Assembly: GCF_964355755.1 (NCBI RefSeq)
Contig: NC_092672.1
Span: forward strand, 34,974,437-35,038,436
Direction: 5' to 3'
DNA: 64,000 nucleotides
Source: Antedon mediterranea
Lineage: Eukaryota; Animalia; Echinodermata
Every line of letters starts with the position of its first letter. Position 1 is the first letter of the stretch. Shown piece by piece: positions 27,211 to 40,662 of this stretch. A program made the position numbers and the translations under genes. The notes beneath the pieces are model-generated. The model did not search any database and was not told where the DNA came from. It saw only the letters and a list, made by a program, of their open reading frames with translations.

Positions 27211-28123
27211 TACAAGTCATATCAAAGATGACCAGTTTTAATTCAGTTGAAAAGTAATAATAGCCCTTTAAAGTACCATAACATAGCCCTAGGCTAACCC
27301 CAAATAGTCGGCATCAACAAACAAGGCCCAATCTTCACACTAATGACTACCGGTGTTAATCTACCCATAAACACCAGTTGCTATACTACATGGTATCAGT
27401 GATGCGACACTAACACCTTGTCATCATCCGATACTTACAACCCCAACATGTTGCTTGCTCACTCAACCAGAACACTCCAAATAGTCAATTTGTCATGTAT
27501 GATCAATTTGTATATTTATTGATGCTTCAATTTAAAGTAACACCTTCTAATCATGCAGCAGATAATATTGTATCTGAATGGTTACACTATCAAGCTACCT
27601 TGTTGAACTTAACTAGTTATGTATTAAACTGTAGTATAATCATCCCCATTCTAAAACGTGCGGCCAAAAAAAGGCCAATTTACACAGACAATCAGTAATG
27701 GTAATAAAAATATAGAATCTACGTTATTCCTTATGACCATTTACACACAACATGGAGTGGACGGGTGGTTTCCGCTCAGGATAGATACAGATCATACGTG
27801 GGACCATGGAGCCATGGTAGGACAAGCTACAGTACACAGTTTTCCGCTTACAATTACCGGTAATGGGAATGAATGATCAAATGTTAAAGATACACCAAAT
27901 ACAAAGAGTAGCAGTTAATAGGTAGAAATACCAGTCTGCTAGCAAATTTGATTCACCTCTAAATATTAGGTAGGAGGGCTATTAAGGTTAGCGCAATCCT
28001 AATTCTTTTATCGGCTGTAAAATATGTACCACCCATACAGTATCTTCAAATAGCAGAATATTATAAAAACCCTCAAGAAAATTGTCAATTCTATACCAAA
28101 CAAACTGTAGAATTGACTATACC

Positions 28124-28588
28124 TGTATACTGTATACTGTATATATACTGTATACTGTATACTGTATATATACTGTATACTGTATACTGTATATATACTG
28201 TATACTGTATACTGTATATATACTGTATACTGTATATATACTGTATACTGTATACTGTATATATACTGTATACTGTATACTGTATATATACTGTATACTG
28301 TATACTGTATATATACTGTATACTGTATACTGTATACTGTATATATACTGTATACTGTATACTGTATACTGTATACTGTATATATACTGTATACTGTATA
28401 CTGTATACTGTATACTGTATATATACTGTATACTGTATACTGTATACTGTATATATACTGTATACTGTATACTGTATACTGTATACTGTATACTAATACT
28501 GTATACTGTATATATACTGTATACTGTATACTGTATACTGTATACTGTATATATACTGTATACTGTATACTGTATACTGTATACTGTA
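28124..28588. repeat. (TATACTG)n microsatellite with periodic TA insertions
   Basis: Directly visible, ~465 bp. Confidence 0.97.
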
Positions 28589-29087
28589 TGTAGCTACAGA
28601 TATTGTAGACTAGGTAGAAGGTACTGTATAAGTTTGAATAAATAATAATTATTATTACTAACAAATATTTAATTATTGAAAAACACAAATCATCATAATC
28701 ACAATTGAGGTGTTAATGTGTTTTTATTATAAACAAAGGAACAAGAGCAGGCTTCACAAAGGCACCATGTGATGCAGCATGTGCAGTGTGAGTGACGCGA
28801 AAACGTTATAATCAATATACTGGGAAGAAAATTGTATTGTGAAAACCTGAAAACCTGATTGAATTTTGATGAATCAGAATTTCTCATGTTATCATTTTCT
28901 GTTGTGTGAATTGCTCATTTGCAAATAATTTAAATTTCAAATCTAAAAATAGAACATTGCATTCCAAAGCTTTAAAAACTAAAAACTTTTAAAATCACAC
29001 AGAATTATCACATTAAATACAGTAGTATTGTTCACATAATAATTTTTCCGTATACAGTGAGGTTGGTATCTTTATTCACAATACCAC

Positions 29088-29143
29088 TACTATGTACAGT
29101 ACTATGTACAGTACTATGTACAGTACTATGTACAGTACTATGT
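29088..29143. repeat. 12-bp tandem repeat (ACTATGTACAGT) x~4.5
   Basis: Directly visible. Confidence 0.9.
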
Positions 29144-29340
29144 GTATTAGACTATGTGGATTAGAACACGTTGTGTTTCCGATCTACTGACTGCACTACA
29201 GTGACTTCACTTACTACCATACTACTTTCCCAATACCGGACACCTTTGGGCTAGCCAAATATGTCTGGTTTTCCGTAAAAAGTCTGGTATTCAGAATGTG
29301 TTTTTAATGGTATAAAGGAATTTGGGACTTTTTGGACTTG

Positions 29341-29939
29341 GGGCCTGTTTCTGCTGAGCAGAAATAATCGATTATTAACCGTTTATTTTTTTAATCGATT
29401 ATTTTTGGGCAGCAGAAACGGCGCAAAATAAAATAACCGATTAAAAATAACCTATTAAAAACACTCAATCCATTGCGTGTTTTACATGTCATTTTTTAGG
29501 CCTGTTGTCTGTTGTCTTATTTCGGTAGAAATATATAGCCTAATAGGCCTAGCAGGCCGAAGGTAGAACCAACGAACGGCGAAACGAACTTTTTTCGCCG
29601 ACGTATCCTTATTAATATAACAGCATTATTCTGATTGTATGTGGTACGGTAGTAGGCCTAGATGTTTATTTTACAAATAATATAGCTTTACGTAAGAGTA
29701 ATTTTTAATCCTACATGTGAGAGTTTTAGGCAGCGATAGGATGTAAACAAACCAACTCTCATCGGCCTTTCATAACTTGAACTGCGCTGTGGGGGAATGA
29801 TGACGTGATTTTAAAAACCGATTACCTGAATAACCGATTAAAGTCGTAGCAATTTTCAATTGCAACGCGATTATTTTTTGATGGTTTGCGGTGACTGGAA
29901 AAAATCAATTATTTTGATTTTTTCAGCAGAAACAGACCC
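29341..29939. mobile_element. Harbinger-type MITE (H2 relative) nested in a Tigger-like MITE
   Basis: TTG...TTG 3-bp TSD; termini GGGCCTGTTTCTGCTG and CAGCAGAAACAGACCC. Confidence 0.8.
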
Positions 29940-30801
29940 TTGGAGAAAAGTCCTTGTATTTGGAAAGTTTCTTGTTTTCAGAATGTCTTGTATTGGAAGA
30001 GGTGACTGTATGTGATCCTAATTCTGCCTACGTTTTCAATTGCATAATATTTGAATAAATATATTATTTACAAACAAGTATTAAATTTTGGAATTTTCAT
30101 TCCAAGGTTGAATTTAATAGTTTCCGCTGGTAAAAGATAGGGTTTTGTATATTTCCACCCATTTTAAAATTCTCCCAAAACAAAACTGACTACAGTATTC
30201 ATATAAAAATAGAAAGTCAAGGTCAATATCAAATAATAATACACACAAAAATTGACAAGTGTCAATCAAAAATGTTTGAATTGTACATTTGAACAACTCA
30301 CAATAATTATTTGAAATCACAAACAAAAGAAGATTGCAGTACAGAATGTGTTGATACCAGTGATACAGTATAACAACACCTTTGATGCTAAGAAAATTAG
30401 TTTTTTTACAAATTCCTGAAAAGAAAATACAAGAAAAGAACAAATCGCATCTTTTGTTGTTGATTTATTAAAATATTGTATTAAGCAAGGACATGTCGCC
30501 CTAAAGTATGGATTCAAGTGAGGGATTAGTACATTGTTGGTGCTCTGATTATCGGTGCAAGGGTACAACACATACCCTTTAGGTAATAGTCTTGTCACTA
30601 TGAAAAAAAGCCAAAAAAAGAAATATTGTGTTGGCCACATTTTGGGTAAATTTAAAAAATGTGTTTGTCAGTAGGAAATTTTTTTTTTCAAGACCAACAA
30701 TTTGATTTGCCAACAAAAAAATAAACAATGTACTCAAATGTTTATGTTTTCTTTTCATCTGAGATAGTAATTTGAACTATTGATTGGCCAACTCATAGTA
30801 C

Positions 30802-30955
30802 AATCACCCCAACGTCCAGTGGAATCATCCCAACGACAAGTGCACACCAAGTGGAATCAACCCCACCGCTAAATGGAATCACCCCAACGCCAAGTGGAAT
30901 CACCCCACCATTAAATAGCACACCTACACCAAGCTGGAATACCCCAACTCAACAT
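30802..30955. repeat. Degenerate 21-bp minisatellite (GTGGAATCACCCCAACGCCAA-like)
   Basis: About 6 imperfect units visible. Confidence 0.75.
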
Positions 30956-31695
30956 CACCATACTGTATTCCTTGTAAATTATAACATTACTTTAAAACTA
31001 CTGTACAGTGTAATATTTAAATCACCTTCGTCCCATGAGACTAGATTTTCATTTATCAGTATTACATTACTGTAATCAGGTGCTCTGAAATGTTGGATTT
31101 AATACCATAATTCCATCCTTTGAGTTGAACAACAATAGCCAGTAACATAATCTACTAACATCACGTTTCACAATACGTCTCATAGGGATCGCTATGTTCA
31201 CAACCACATAAAAACGGGATAACATAAAAGGCTGGTAATTCAAGGTAAATAATAAGCTAATTCAGGTAGAGTTACTGAATACCGTTGGGGACTAACACCC
31301 AGATGTAGTATATGTATAACCTAGAATTAGAACAACACAATACAGAAAAATTTAACCATCAACAGAAATAATAAAAAAGGTTTATCAATTGTTCATTATT
31401 GTTTAAACTAAACAAGAACCAATACATTATTTTGTTTAAATGCTGTATGTATTGTACACTGTATGATATGAGGAAATGTTTATGGTGTCATGGTAACAAT
31501 GGATCAACTGATGATCTTTATTGTTCAGATGGGATCTGAGAATTAATAGTTGATACCACCTTGGTTCATTTTACATTCCTTGGCTTAATTCAATCTTTAT
31601 TACAGTATGTCCATAATATTATTATTAATAATCATTTGTGTCAAATAAAATTGCTATTAAAAACATTCTGTATACCAAGTACTACTACTGTACTA

Positions 31696-31849
31696 CCGTA
31701 AAACCTCGAAAAGAAGCCCATCTCGAAAAGAAGCCCCCCTCTACAGTTTGCAAAAATACTCTCGAAAAAGAAGCCCATCTCGAAAAGAAGCCCATCCAAG
31801 AGCAATAAAAAAATAAGAAGCCCATGGGCTTATTTTCAAGGTTTTACGG
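31696..31849. mobile_element. Small TA-flanked MITE (CCGTAAAACC termini; internal TCGAAAAGAAGCCC repeats)
   Basis: TIR plus TA TSD; related fragments at ~39972-40015 and ~40894-41037. Confidence 0.75.
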
Positions 31850-33101
31850 TATATAATGTAATTATTCCATGTTTACACTTGGACTACCACCATTAATATA
31901 GTGCAGGACACACTATACAGTAATATTCTGTATTTAATCCATAAAAATAAGGCAATTAACCAGTTACCCTACATCAATACGGTATACACTGTAAAAGCTA
32001 TAGTCGGATAGCAAATTACTATCTGTATGCTTCATATTCAGGAGCGTATCAGTGGTGGTGCCAGCGATGGTGCTGAGGGAGGCTCTATTTTTCAAAATTA
32101 GCCCAAACCATGGTGGGGCTAAGGTCCTGTAGATTGTTGTTTTTAGGCAGACTCTGACTGGCATGTATTACAATAGAATACACAAAATTATTTAACAGCA
32201 TGATACAGTAGGTTATAATTCTAGAAGAAGTACTGTAAGAAACCGTATTTCATGACTTTTGGTACCTAAAGCTACACATTGAAATCTAATTCACCTAAAT
32301 CCAAGGATCCCAATTCTGCTAGTAAAATCACTACAGTAGGCTTTAGCGCTGACAAATAAAATTTGTTTCTTTGTATAAAAGAATTATAGGATTTGGAATA
32401 CAGTTTATTCACTATACAACAAATTGAATTTAATCCGAGAAAGACGGTAAACAAACATATTAGGCTTCTTTTCACATTGCAAGGCTATTAATTCAATTAA
32501 AACACTGTTTTTTTTGTCTAAAAACAGGACCTACAGTACAGTAAGTTGTGTGGTCTGTCATGACAATTATATAATACAAAACGAAACATTTTTACAGCTT
32601 CGACGATGCACTTTCCAAAATCTTCATAGGCAAACTGAAAATGTATTTTAAATCTAGCCATGTTTATTGTTAAGATAAACACTACTCATAACATTTTAAG
32701 CGAACTTTTTAAAATGTGTACTTCTATACTAAAGTTCCACGGCACATGATGTAGCAATAATTTCATCATGCTTAATTCTAAAGCAATAAACAAACACATT
32801 TTTCTGTCAATCACAAAGACCATTTTTCATTTTAATTCTGTTGGTATATTATTATCAGATATCAAGTACAGTGGACCCTCAACTCTATTAGACTAACAAA
32901 CAAACATAAGTGCAAAACAAACACAATTAGTAATTTTCTCCAGTTGCCGAAGATATGTCTGGTCAAAGTTCATTTTACTATCCGTATTATAAAAAGTGCA
33001 TGGAAATTATAGTAACAGTAAAACTACTGAACATGTTTTTCTTAAATTAATACTGTAATTACATTTTGATACAAGAAAAGTAAAAAGCTAAACACAGCAC
33101 T

Positions 33102-33421
33102 TATAGAGTATCACGGTGCTGACGTCACAACGGTAGGTGGCGCTGCGTGGTTGCTAGCGCAACCAAAAATGCGTTCAGCCTGCTTGAGTGACTCCAAGAT
33201 CACCAATGGTTTGGAATAGGCTTATTGAAGTAGTCATTTTAAAACTTGATAATTTTCAATAAAAACAAACTAAAATTTCAAAAGATCACTAAATATTTGT
33301 TTTTAATAAAATAAAAATCAAGCTAAGTTTATCAACATAGTAGCGCTGAACGCATTTTTTGGTTGTCTAGCAATCATGCAGCGCCCTCTATCGTTGTGAT
33401 GTCACACCGTGATACTCTATA
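33102..33421. mobile_element. Unclassified MITE with ~75-bp TIRs (TATAGAGTATCACGGTG...)
   Basis: Left and right arms are reverse complements. Confidence 0.8.
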
Positions 33422-36400
33422 CATCCACAATTCTAAAGCTTTGTCTACACTATCAAACTAGTTTGACAAAAAAGTGTGATGTGCCCAAATATGGAAGTGA
33501 TATGCTTAAATATGGTAGTGACCCTACAGGCTGGGTAGTGATATTCATTCATTCAATCTTTTATTTCGGAATCTCTGGTACATAGAATGTAAAATTACAT
33601 ATAAATGAAATTAAAAAATAAACAAGACAATAAATATATCAGGTTCTACACTGTCACATAAAGTTTGATACTGTAGTGTAGACAAAGCTTAACAAATAGG
33701 AATACAGATGTCACATTATTTTGTGTCATAAAACAAAATTTATTTTTTGCCATTTCTTTTATTTACTACAGTATATGAAGAAGACACCTCAGAGAACAAT
33801 TAGGGCAATAACTGTTATACACTTAAATAAAATTCTAACAAATATGAATACTGATGCCACAGTATTTTATGTGATAAAACAAAATTTATTTGCCGTTTTT
33901 ATTCAGTATACCAAGAAGGCACCTCAAAGAACAATTACAATATTTTTTACCATCAGCAATAAGGTCAACATCCAATTAAAAATAAGAATTTTTTTTAATG
34001 GTTATACAGTAACACAAAAAAAAACTATTTGTGGTTTACTTTCTTGTATCAAAAATTAATCTGATGTCAAAGTTAAATCGATATAGTACTGTTGATCTTA
34101 ACAAATACAAACCGATGTTTCCACGTGACCTATGACATAAACCATTGTATATAAGACACAGAAGAAAAGTTCTAGTAATGTAGGGGTTACCTACACAGTA
34201 GAAAAAAAGTAGGTTAGTGTATATGAACTCGTACCTAATGCAGGTTGACAATAAAATGCAAGCATTGAATACAAATAAAGTTCAGCCTATAATCAAATAT
34301 TGTTAAATTTTATGACCAATTCAAATTTTATTTTCTCAGTTCGAGTGTGTGTAAAGTTGGATTGCTATAGGACAGTGTACATCAGTTTTATGCGTGTTAT
34401 TCATTCTTAAGATCAGGAAATACCTGCTGAAAAATATGCTTTGTTTATATTTTGCAACACTGAATTTTTGTTAAAATTTAATTAGGCTGCCTACATCTTT
34501 AGTAATTACCATCATCTGACAAGTGTAATTAACTAGAAATTCAATTGGATGAACAATGTCATCGTTCATGAAACATATTTTAACCTTGCATGCAATTCTA
34601 ATTATTGGTATCTGAGTACTAGTAAAAGCTATATTTCACAGTGATGCCAAATTCCATGCTTGTATAAATGCTGGTGGGACCTTTTAAACTATATAAAAGC
34701 TCTGTTTACATGAACTAGTTTGACAAAAAAGGTGTGATGTGGCCAAATATAGTTGTGATATGATGAAATATAGTAGTGATATGATAAAAAATGGTAGTGA
34801 TATGATCAAATATGGTAGTGATATGACACATCATCATGTCTATATATGGGCACATCACATTTTTTTGTCACATAAAGTTTGATAGTGTAGACAGAGCTTT
34901 AAACTGTATTATTAGGCCTACAATCTTTCACAGGATTCTAAAAACAGTAAGGGAGTAAGACGTAATCCGAGCTTTATATTGATTACCAACAACAATAACC
35001 CCACAACTGGCAGGCTAATTGTTTTCAACGTCAACTGGTTCACCTTTGTCCAGCACTTATTTGCATATTGAGTAGGGGACATGAATCAACAAATGAATTT
35101 CAAAAATACAACAGAAGTTGTCTGCCCTTTTGTAAACTACATTCTTTAATCTTTACCACTAAAGGACAGTTATTTGTGTTTGAGCGCATTAATAGTTTTG
35201 TTGGTACATTATGCTTTTTAGCATTTTAACATTATGTAAACACAATGTCGAACATAAAAAACATTACATCATTCGCCGAATATAACCATTATTCTGTTTG
35301 TTGTATCATTAAATTAAATGATTGAAATGTTCAGTTCAGGATTACATAACGCCAACGCCATTTTAGTCAAAAAAAGCAATGTGGCGATGTGAAACAACTT
35401 ACTATTTTTAAACATAAACTGTCCCCCAAAAACACGAAAAATGAAGATTAATAAAATCAGACTTTGAATAGGCCATTTTGTAGTTTTAACAAAATTACAA
35501 ATAATCACTAACATAGAAAAAAAAATACCGTACCTGAAAAAATAATGTTTTAACTTATAAAATAGAAAAATAAACGGTTAAATTCAACCAAAAACCTATT
35601 AGCTAGTAGACAATTGACTATTTTTTGTTTTCAATTAGGTAAATCCTTTTTCTTCTCTGATCCAATTTTTTGTCAATTTTTTTTGGTCTATTATGCGACA
35701 TTAAAATGACACACTGTATTAAAAAAAAAATTTAACATAAACATTTTTTTCTGGAAGACAATATGTACCTTTTAATATTCTTTTAATGGTTTTAATTATT
35801 TTTCAAAATTTAAAGACTGACACTAAAAATCCATATGTTATGTTTATGATAAAGGTAGACCGCTTTTTGAAACATATTTATCCATAAAGCACTGCATTTG
35901 CTGAATTAATTGAGTACCAATAATAGACCAGAGCTTAATTCAGGAAGTTATCATGAAATATTATTTCCGATAAGGGATTATGGGATATCATCTAAGGACA
36001 GAATGTTTAATTTATGTTTTCTATTGATAATTTATGTTTATTTTATTATTAATATACAATCAAACCTAACCAAAAAAATGTAATATCAATAATAAATTTA
36101 GTAGTAAATTTTTATTCTTAAATCCAGATAGTAAACTCTCTGTCTCGTCTCATGAGACTATAGACAATTTTGGATCCTTTGGAATGTACATTCCGCAATG
36201 GTTTTCAGGAACATAGAACGAGCAATTTTTCCAAATGAAAAAATCATGATTTAGTGTTAGATTCATGATTTTGAAATAAAGGTAGGCTCAGGGCCTAAAA
36301 TGTGTATAAATTAAATTCTGAGGTTTGCATTGTATTTTTTTTAAATTAGAGGGAGCGAAAGGGTGTGGATCCGCCGCCTAATAGATGAAATGTCATGCCA

Positions 36401-37293
36401 TAATAGAGACAATATTATAGTTCGGTTTATAATATCTCTATGGTCATGCTAAATAAATGTACATGGTATTTAGAAGATGTTCAATAGAGTAAAATACCTA
36501 TAATAATATTACTGAGAATTCTTTTTTATTTATCCTGTTAATAAGACATATTATTTACTGCAAAGAACAACACGCTTAAATACCTGTGTCAGACTAATCT
36601 GATTAGAGACCAAGGAGGCTTTGTAAAACAACTGATAGATTTCTATGCCAGTCTCTACTGTGTTCAGTAAGCCAACAACTTATAATTATTACAATACAAT
36701 TGTTTTCCAAATTCTTTTGTTGTTTAAACTGTTTTGTAGGATACCAAGTTAAACACTGTACTGTAAACCACTACTTTTATTTAAGGTTTTTTTTACACAA
36801 ACTGAAATTCCTGTTAAAATATTTATTGATTTGCCAATAGAGAAGAAACCATGGGGGTCAACCAATGGCCCAACACAGAAAGTGGACATTTCTGCATACA
36901 ATATATTTAATAAATATCTAAAAAGTATAGGCCTATACACAAATAAAATATACATTTAATTTAACAATAGAAAAAATCATGTCAAGTTTTTAAAAATGTA
37001 AGAACATATACTTATTAGCCTATGGATTTAGTTTAATTTATAGCATAAAAATAGGTATATATTTGATCCCAACAAATATAGTGCCTATATTTATAATTAT
37101 TTACAATGCACTACTGTAAGATACGAGATGATGAGAGACAACAGAAGGAAGAAAATAAAGATTACACCAGCCTAACGACCCGAAAATGTGATTGTCTGCA
37201 TCCGCATCGTACTGATGTGGAGCAGACGTCGTACGGCGGAGGAGGAGGCAAACAAATCATAAAAGTTTCTACAGGGTAACTAAAAAAACTTAC

Positions 37294-37326
37294 CCTTTCT
37301 TTCCTTCTATCAGCTCGCATCGCCAT
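37294..37326 (-). CDS. TTC28: TTC28 putative first coding exon (MAMRADRRKER)
   Basis: ATG in AAAATGGCG context, then 11 codons and a canonical GTAAGT donor in phase 0. This matches the phase-0 acceptor at 9681 and implies a ~27.6-kb intron 1. The linkage is inferred. Confidence 0.65.
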
Positions 37327-37329
37327 TTT

Positions 37330-37520
37330 ATTTCACTTAAATTATTGAAATGTTAATTATGTCCATTTCTGGAATGTTAAAAGTAATTTTAGCAAGTCAG
37401 TTGTTTTAAAATCCATTATAAATAAAGTAGGAAGGCATACGCGAAACACTACACTCGTCTCGCCATTTTGTTTTGACTTAAATTCACATCGGGATTAGAA
37501 GTGAGTAAGTCAGTATGTCA
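37330..37520 (-). promoter_or_regulatory. Probable TTC28 promoter/5' UTR
   Basis: Locally CpG-containing, with a YY1-like AAAATGGCG motif at ~37461-37469 (minus strand) just upstream of the first ATG. Confidence 0.4.
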
Positions 37521-38770
37521 AATATCCACACCCCCTCTGCTACAACCAATACATTCTAAAATATTATCAATTAAAACGCAGAAATTGTTGGACTAAATAT
37601 TCTGTGTAGGTAATACACTAATAACAAATTTATAGTTATAAAGGTTATTACTTACCTAAATATATACTGTTTATGGTGTCACCATTTTTGTTGACATTTT
37701 GACAAGCAGATGGTTGACATACAATCACTGGAATATACAATACTGTCAGTTAGACAGGTAAGCTCCTGGGGGCGTTTTTTAAAGTTTATTGGTATCATAA
37801 AGTTCGAGCCGCCAGGCCACTGTATGGTGGACCCGTTGCAGTGCTATAACATAATTGAAATAATATTTGGGGAACGTCTCAATTTCAAAATACACAGCGT
37901 AGACCACTGTACTTAGAACATAGGAATCTTCTTAAAAGGTGCAATTGCACCATGTCCACCGTACCCTCTGGATCCGACCAAGGCACCGGTACTTTTCGAT
38001 AACACCACCAGGGCTCTCATCTTTTTCGGCCGAATTGTTTCATACTCTAACATTGTTTTAAAAAGATGTGTGCCCACCAGTTGCCGAATTATGACTACAT
38101 TGATCACATCCAATAATGTGATAAAGAATAAATAATAACTGATGACCATATGAAAGACCTGTGCTCAGTTATGACTACATACACAATATTGTCATATCAA
38201 ATATTGTGGTCTGAGAATTTATTGATAGGCATAACTGTATTAAAAGAGGGCATGCTCAGTTGTAGAATTATGCTGAAAATTCATGATATAGAATATTAAT
38301 AGTAATTTATTGATGAGGCATTTATATAAAGATACATGCTCATTTGTCAAATTATGATCATGTCAGATATGATGTGAGAATATTGTACCCCTGTAATTAA
38401 AGATGATGGTAGATTTATTAAAGATTTGTGCGGTTGACAAATTGTGATGAATCAACCCTCCATCTCCAAAACAACACTGGACTAAACGAAAACAATCTAA
38501 CAAAGCCGTTTTTTACACACATTTTCATCAATTGCACATGAAAAAGCTTTGAAAAGTTGAAGTTTGAGACATATTGAGGGGTGTATTAAGAGCGTCATTC
38601 TGACGACTGGAGCATTCTCTACTTCTCTACGGAGCGCCATTTATGCCTTTATTAACTTCAATAATAGAAATAGTACTACGGCAACTGCTCAAGTGGACCC
38701 AATTTAGCACCAGGGTAGCACAGTGATATAAAATAGAAATAAAAGTCACTATTTTAATATCGTTTCGTAT

Positions 38771-39555
38771 ATACCCATATCACAAACTGACAAACAGAAA
38801 CATCTTGGCATTCACATTGATTCAAATTTATCTTTTTCTTTTCATGTAAATAAACTCCGTTCCAAACTGGGCTTGTCCATCTCCATCTTCTCGCGTGCTC
38901 AGTCATTTCATTAATAAACACACATCCATACTCCTCTACCCACACATTGACTATTGATGTAGTGTTTTGGGAATCAGATCGAATATTGACCGAATACAGA
39001 CCATTCAAAATAGAGCATTTCGCATTATCCTTAAAGCTCATCCTCTCACACACCATGAACTAACATTTACAACACCTTAAATCTTCATACAGTCCAAGAT
39101 CGCATGCATCTACAACTGGGCTGCCTTGCCTACAGGTCTGCAAATGGTCTTGCTCCGGAATACCTTGCCCTGCGTCTTGCCAGAATTCCTAATCATCGAT
39201 GTACCCGAAGTGTCAGTGAGAGGAAATTTGTCGTCCTTTCCCTAAAACTGAAACTTTTAAGAACAGCTTCATCTATAGAGCACTAACATACCTGAATTTG
39301 CTACCCACCAAACTAAGGAATGCGGTAACAAATAATTTTAAGTCTGCTCTAAAAAAATATTTAATCCCAAAAGAAAAAACTCAACGTTTTGTATAGTATT
39401 GTAGGCTATATTTTTGTATTTAAGTACATATATATTATATATTTTTATATTTTTTTAACATAGTTGTTCATCCGTTTTTTTATATATGTTTTGACTGTCT
39501 GCATATGCTGTTTAGGGTCACCCTCACAAAATAAGGTTTAATAAAAAAATAAAAT
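38771..39555 (+). mobile_element. 5'-truncated, decayed L2-like LINE
   Basis: RT thumb-like KHLGIHIDSNLSFSFHVNKLRSKL, then LGCLAYRSANGLAPEYL...TRS, then a 3' hairpin tail and an A-rich end. Confidence 0.8.
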
Positions 39556-39830
39556 AGAAATAAAGTCACTAAATTTTAATATCTTTTCGTATGTTAATAC
39601 AATGTGCTCAAGTGGACCCAATTTGGCTCCAGTGGAGCACAGTGATATAAAATAGAAATAAAGTCACTAAATTTTAATATCTTTTCGTATAAAACACTGT
39701 GTTCAAGTACAGTGGACACAATTTGGTACCAGGGGAGCAGTGATATAAAATAGAAATAAAGTCACTCAAGTTTCAATCTTTTCGTATGTTAATACACTGT
39801 GCTCAAGTGGACCCAATTTGGCGCCTGTGG
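39550..39830. repeat. ~100-bp tandem repeat (GTGCTCAAGTGGACCCAATTTGG...), with a further unit at 38685-38770
   Basis: Units directly alignable; the array is split by the LINE. Confidence 0.85.
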
Positions 39831-40401
39831 ATTTTTTTTTAAATGGAAAATAATGAATATTGTTTTTCTTTTATTTTGAAAGAGAGATATTTTGAGGATT
39901 GTAAATGTAAAGTGGACCTTTTCTAAAATCAGAAACAAAGTTGCATGGCATTATTTTCCATTAGATAGACTGCCATAAAACCTCGAAAAGAAGCCCATGT
40001 GCTCCTTCATTTTTAGTGTATTTAAGCTTGGCATACCGGCATTTCTTGTCTTGTTGGGGGTGTTTAGTTTTTATAAGTTTTGTGGTTTTATTGCGATACT
40101 ATAGTTCCTATTCGATCTGAATAAATTTGTCATCGAAGATTACATCGTCTCTTTGGCTATTATTCTTCCTGTACTTTACATTTATAATGTTAAATTTCAA
40201 CTATCCAGATGCGAATTTTAGGTTGGGTTTTAAAAAACTTGACTTCATTATGCTTCAATTTCAAAGATTTGCTTACGATGAGATAAAATTAATTCTCTTC
40301 TAAACACTTAACGAAGATAATTAATTCCCTTTTTTTACGTTAAAATAAATTGAGGGCGCTAAACATAAAATTTAAACCATCAAAGCAGTTGGCGAGAGCC
40401 A

Positions 40402-40662
40402 AAAAAAAAAAAGATGGTAAATGTGCTCTCCCTGCCTCAGCACTAAGGCCCTGCCACAGCCTTTTGGGGTCGTTTCCACCACATCACCAGATGCATTGAT
40501 GTTGTCGCCTCATGATGTGTGGTGGAAAGGGGGACGTATGTTCTGTGAACCCCAAACACAGTGGCTCGCATAGACTTAACTCTATTCCACCGACCAGCGT
40601 GGGAATCGAACCCACGACATACGTGTGTTAACACGACGCTCAGACGACTGAGCTAACTGATC
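40402..40662 (-). mobile_element. tRNA(Ile-like)-headed structured element ending in a T run (SINE or Pol III ncRNA)
   Basis: Nearly complete cloverleaf at 40591-40662 with a defective anticodon loop, then a long hairpin and a T10 tract. Confidence 0.6.

Noticed and set aside
28008-28688. 226-aa, 187-aa and 127-aa ORFs
   Set aside because: Translations of the (TATACTG)n microsatellite.
31167-31203. Possible fourth 7-bp-TSD footprint (TTCACAA...TTCACAA)
   Set aside because: The insert ends in ATG but does not begin with CAT at the boundary; ambiguous.
38139-38165. CTGATGA...GAAA hammerhead-like core
   Set aside because: No pairing stem II or III; lies in a degenerate AT-rich tandem region.
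40591-40662. Functional tRNA gene
   Set aside because: The anticodon arm has a 6-nt loop and a terminal mismatch, and there is no terminator directly after the acceptor stem. Reported as a tRNA-derived element instead.
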